Below, one piece after another: positions 60,761 to 64,000 of a stretch of 64,000 nucleotides of DNA. Location: positions 124,001-188,000 of the forward strand of contig NIVC01000260.1 in assembly GCA_002269645.1 (NCBI GenBank), in the 5' to 3' direction. The position numbers and the translations under genes are program-made. The stretch comes from Macrostomum lignano (Eukaryota). Numbering within the stretch: position 1 is the first letter of the stretch; each line of letters opens with the position of its first letter. The notes under the pieces are model-generated. The model searched no databases. It was given only the letters and a program-made list of their open reading frames with translations, and was not told the DNA's origin.

Positions 60761-60915
60761 AATTTACATTGGGGAGTGAGATAAAAACGCTTGGCGCTTA
60801 ATCCTCACAAATCCTGTGTCCGGTGACTGCTCAACGCCTACAGCGCTTTTACCTCGGAAAGAATTTTTTATTCCTTTGCTCTCAGCTTTTCAGTGCAATT
60901 TGTAATGCCAGTGAC

Positions 60916-62246
<1,331 letters not shown>

Positions 62247-62899
62247 TGGCTTGAACCGATCCAGGCCGCCAGGAGTTCTTGTGCTGACCTCATTGTCAGC
62301 AAAAGTACCGCTGGAGCTGCATCCGCCGCTGGCAACCCGGATGCGCCGCCCCCTTCCCCCTGGTGCAGGCTCGCATGTATGACGCCAAAGTGCGCAGTCG
62401 CTTCTGTGAATGCAATCTCAAAAAAGTGGGACTCCGGGCCAACACTTCCTTCCTTCCTTCCCGGGCACAGAAGGGGCACCTGAGGTCCATTGTCGCTCAA
62501 AAAATGATGGATTTAAATGAACTTGGAGGATAATCGAGGCCCTAGCAGTTACAGCTAGGAAAAGGTATTTGAGACCAGTCACATTGACAGTCTTCTGCTC
62601 AAGAAATTTTCCCTCATTACTAATTTTATTGTCGGGCTGTCAGCAGCTCAATACACCGCGTACTTTTGATCGATCTTTCTTCTTACTACTCAACGATCGT
62701 TAACTAAAGCTCCGTTCCCACACAATAAGTTGATCGATTTTCTATTTTTGACTAACAAATCTATTTACTGCTACTTTTACTAAGTAGTGCAATTCAGACA
62801 TGTTCGTAAGATTATCCACTTTGTTTCCGTCAACAGAGATACGAGCGTAGCCTTAATGACAAGCAGGCGACGTTCCTGTCGAACGGATTTATTAATGTC

Positions 62900-64000
62900 T
62901 TACTGGTGATTCTCCTGTCTTACTGGTGATGTTCCTGTCTTACTGTTGATGTTCCTGTCTTACTGGTGATTCTCCTGTCTTACTGGTGATGTTCCTGTCT
63001 TACTGGTGATTCTCCTGTCTTACTGGTGATGTTCCTGTCTTACTGGTGAGGTTCCTGTCTTACTGGTGATTCTCCTGTCTTACTGGTGATTCTCCTGTCT
63101 TACTGGTGATTCTCCTGTCTTACTGGTGAGGTTCCTGTCTTACTTGTGATACTCCTGTCTTACTGGTGATTCTCCTGTCTTACTGGTGATGTTCCTGTCT
63201 TACTGGTGATTCTCCTGTCTTACTGGTGATGTTCCTGTCTTACTGGTGAGGTTCCTGTCTTACTGGTGATTCTCCTGTCTTACTGGTGATTCTCCTGTCT
63301 TACTGGTGATTCTCCTGTCTTACTGGTGATTCTCCTGTCTTACTGGTGATGTTCCTGTCTTACTGGTGAGGTTCCTGTCTTACTGGTGATTCTCCTGTCT
63401 TACTGGTGATTCTCCTGTCTTACTGGTGATTCTCCTGTCTTACTGGTGATTCTCCTGTCTTACTGGTGATGTTCCTGTCTTACTGGTGAGGTTCCTGTCT
63501 TACTGGTGATTCTCCTGTCTTACTGGTGATTCTCCTGTCTTACTGGTGATTCTCCTGTCTTACTGGTGATTCTCCTGTCTTACTGGTGAGGTTCCTGTCT
63601 TACTTGTGATACTCCTGTCTTACTGGTGATTCTCCTGTCTTACTGGTGATGTTCCTGTCTTACTGGTGATTCTCCTGTCTTACTGGTGATGTTCCTGTCT
63701 TACTGGTGAGGTTCCTGTCTTACTGGTGATGTTCCTGTCTTACTGGTGATTCTCCTGTCTTACTGGTGATGTTCCTGTCTTACTAGTGATGTTCCTGTCT
63801 TACTGGTGATTCTCCTGTCTTACTGGTGATTCTCACTGTCTTACTGGTGATGTTCCTGTCTTACTGGTGAGGTTCCTGTCTTACTGGTGATGTTCCTGTC
63901 TTACTGGTGATGTTCCTGTCTTACTGGTGATGTCTTACTGGTGATGTTCCTGTCTTACTGGTGAGGTTCCTGTCTTACTGGTGATGTTCCTGTCTTACTG
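62900..64000. repeat. 20-bp minisatellite running off the right edge
   Basis: TTACTGGTGATTCTCCTGTC / ...GATGTTCCTGTC / ...GAGGTTCCTGTC. Confidence 0.96.

Overview
Eukaryotic (animal) genomic DNA with spliceosomal introns, GC-rich exons and introns inflated by tandem repeats. The style suggests a macrostomid flatworm such as Macrostomum lignano; this is inference, not tested. I reconstructed six protein-coding genes by hand from GT/AG boundaries and frame continuity: an MRPS27-like gene (minus, runs off the left edge), a ZC3HC1/NIPA-like gene (plus, 6 exons), a rhodopsin-class peptide GPCR (minus, frameshifted), a calmodulin-like protein with degenerate EF loops (plus, 2 exons), PRMT7 (plus, 4 exons) and a Klumpfuss-like C2H2 factor (minus, 2 exons). 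Mobile DNA comprises a decayed DD34D mariner carrying about 2.2 kb of cargo between near-perfect TIRs, a decayed Ty3/gypsy element with two LTRs, two palindromic MITEs with 8-bp TSDs, LINE and SINE remnants, and a Helitron-like dispersed repeat. About 20 distinct mini- and microsatellite arrays are present. There is no CRISPR array, rRNA or intact tRNA. The most striking unexplained patterns are: kilobase tracts with zero CpG just upstream of the first coding exons of the housekeeping genes, matched by Arg-to-His/Cys/Gln decay in the adjacent transposase; intron arrays whose units resemble the splice signals beside them; and one 28-bp minisatellite family present at two loci 47 kb apart.
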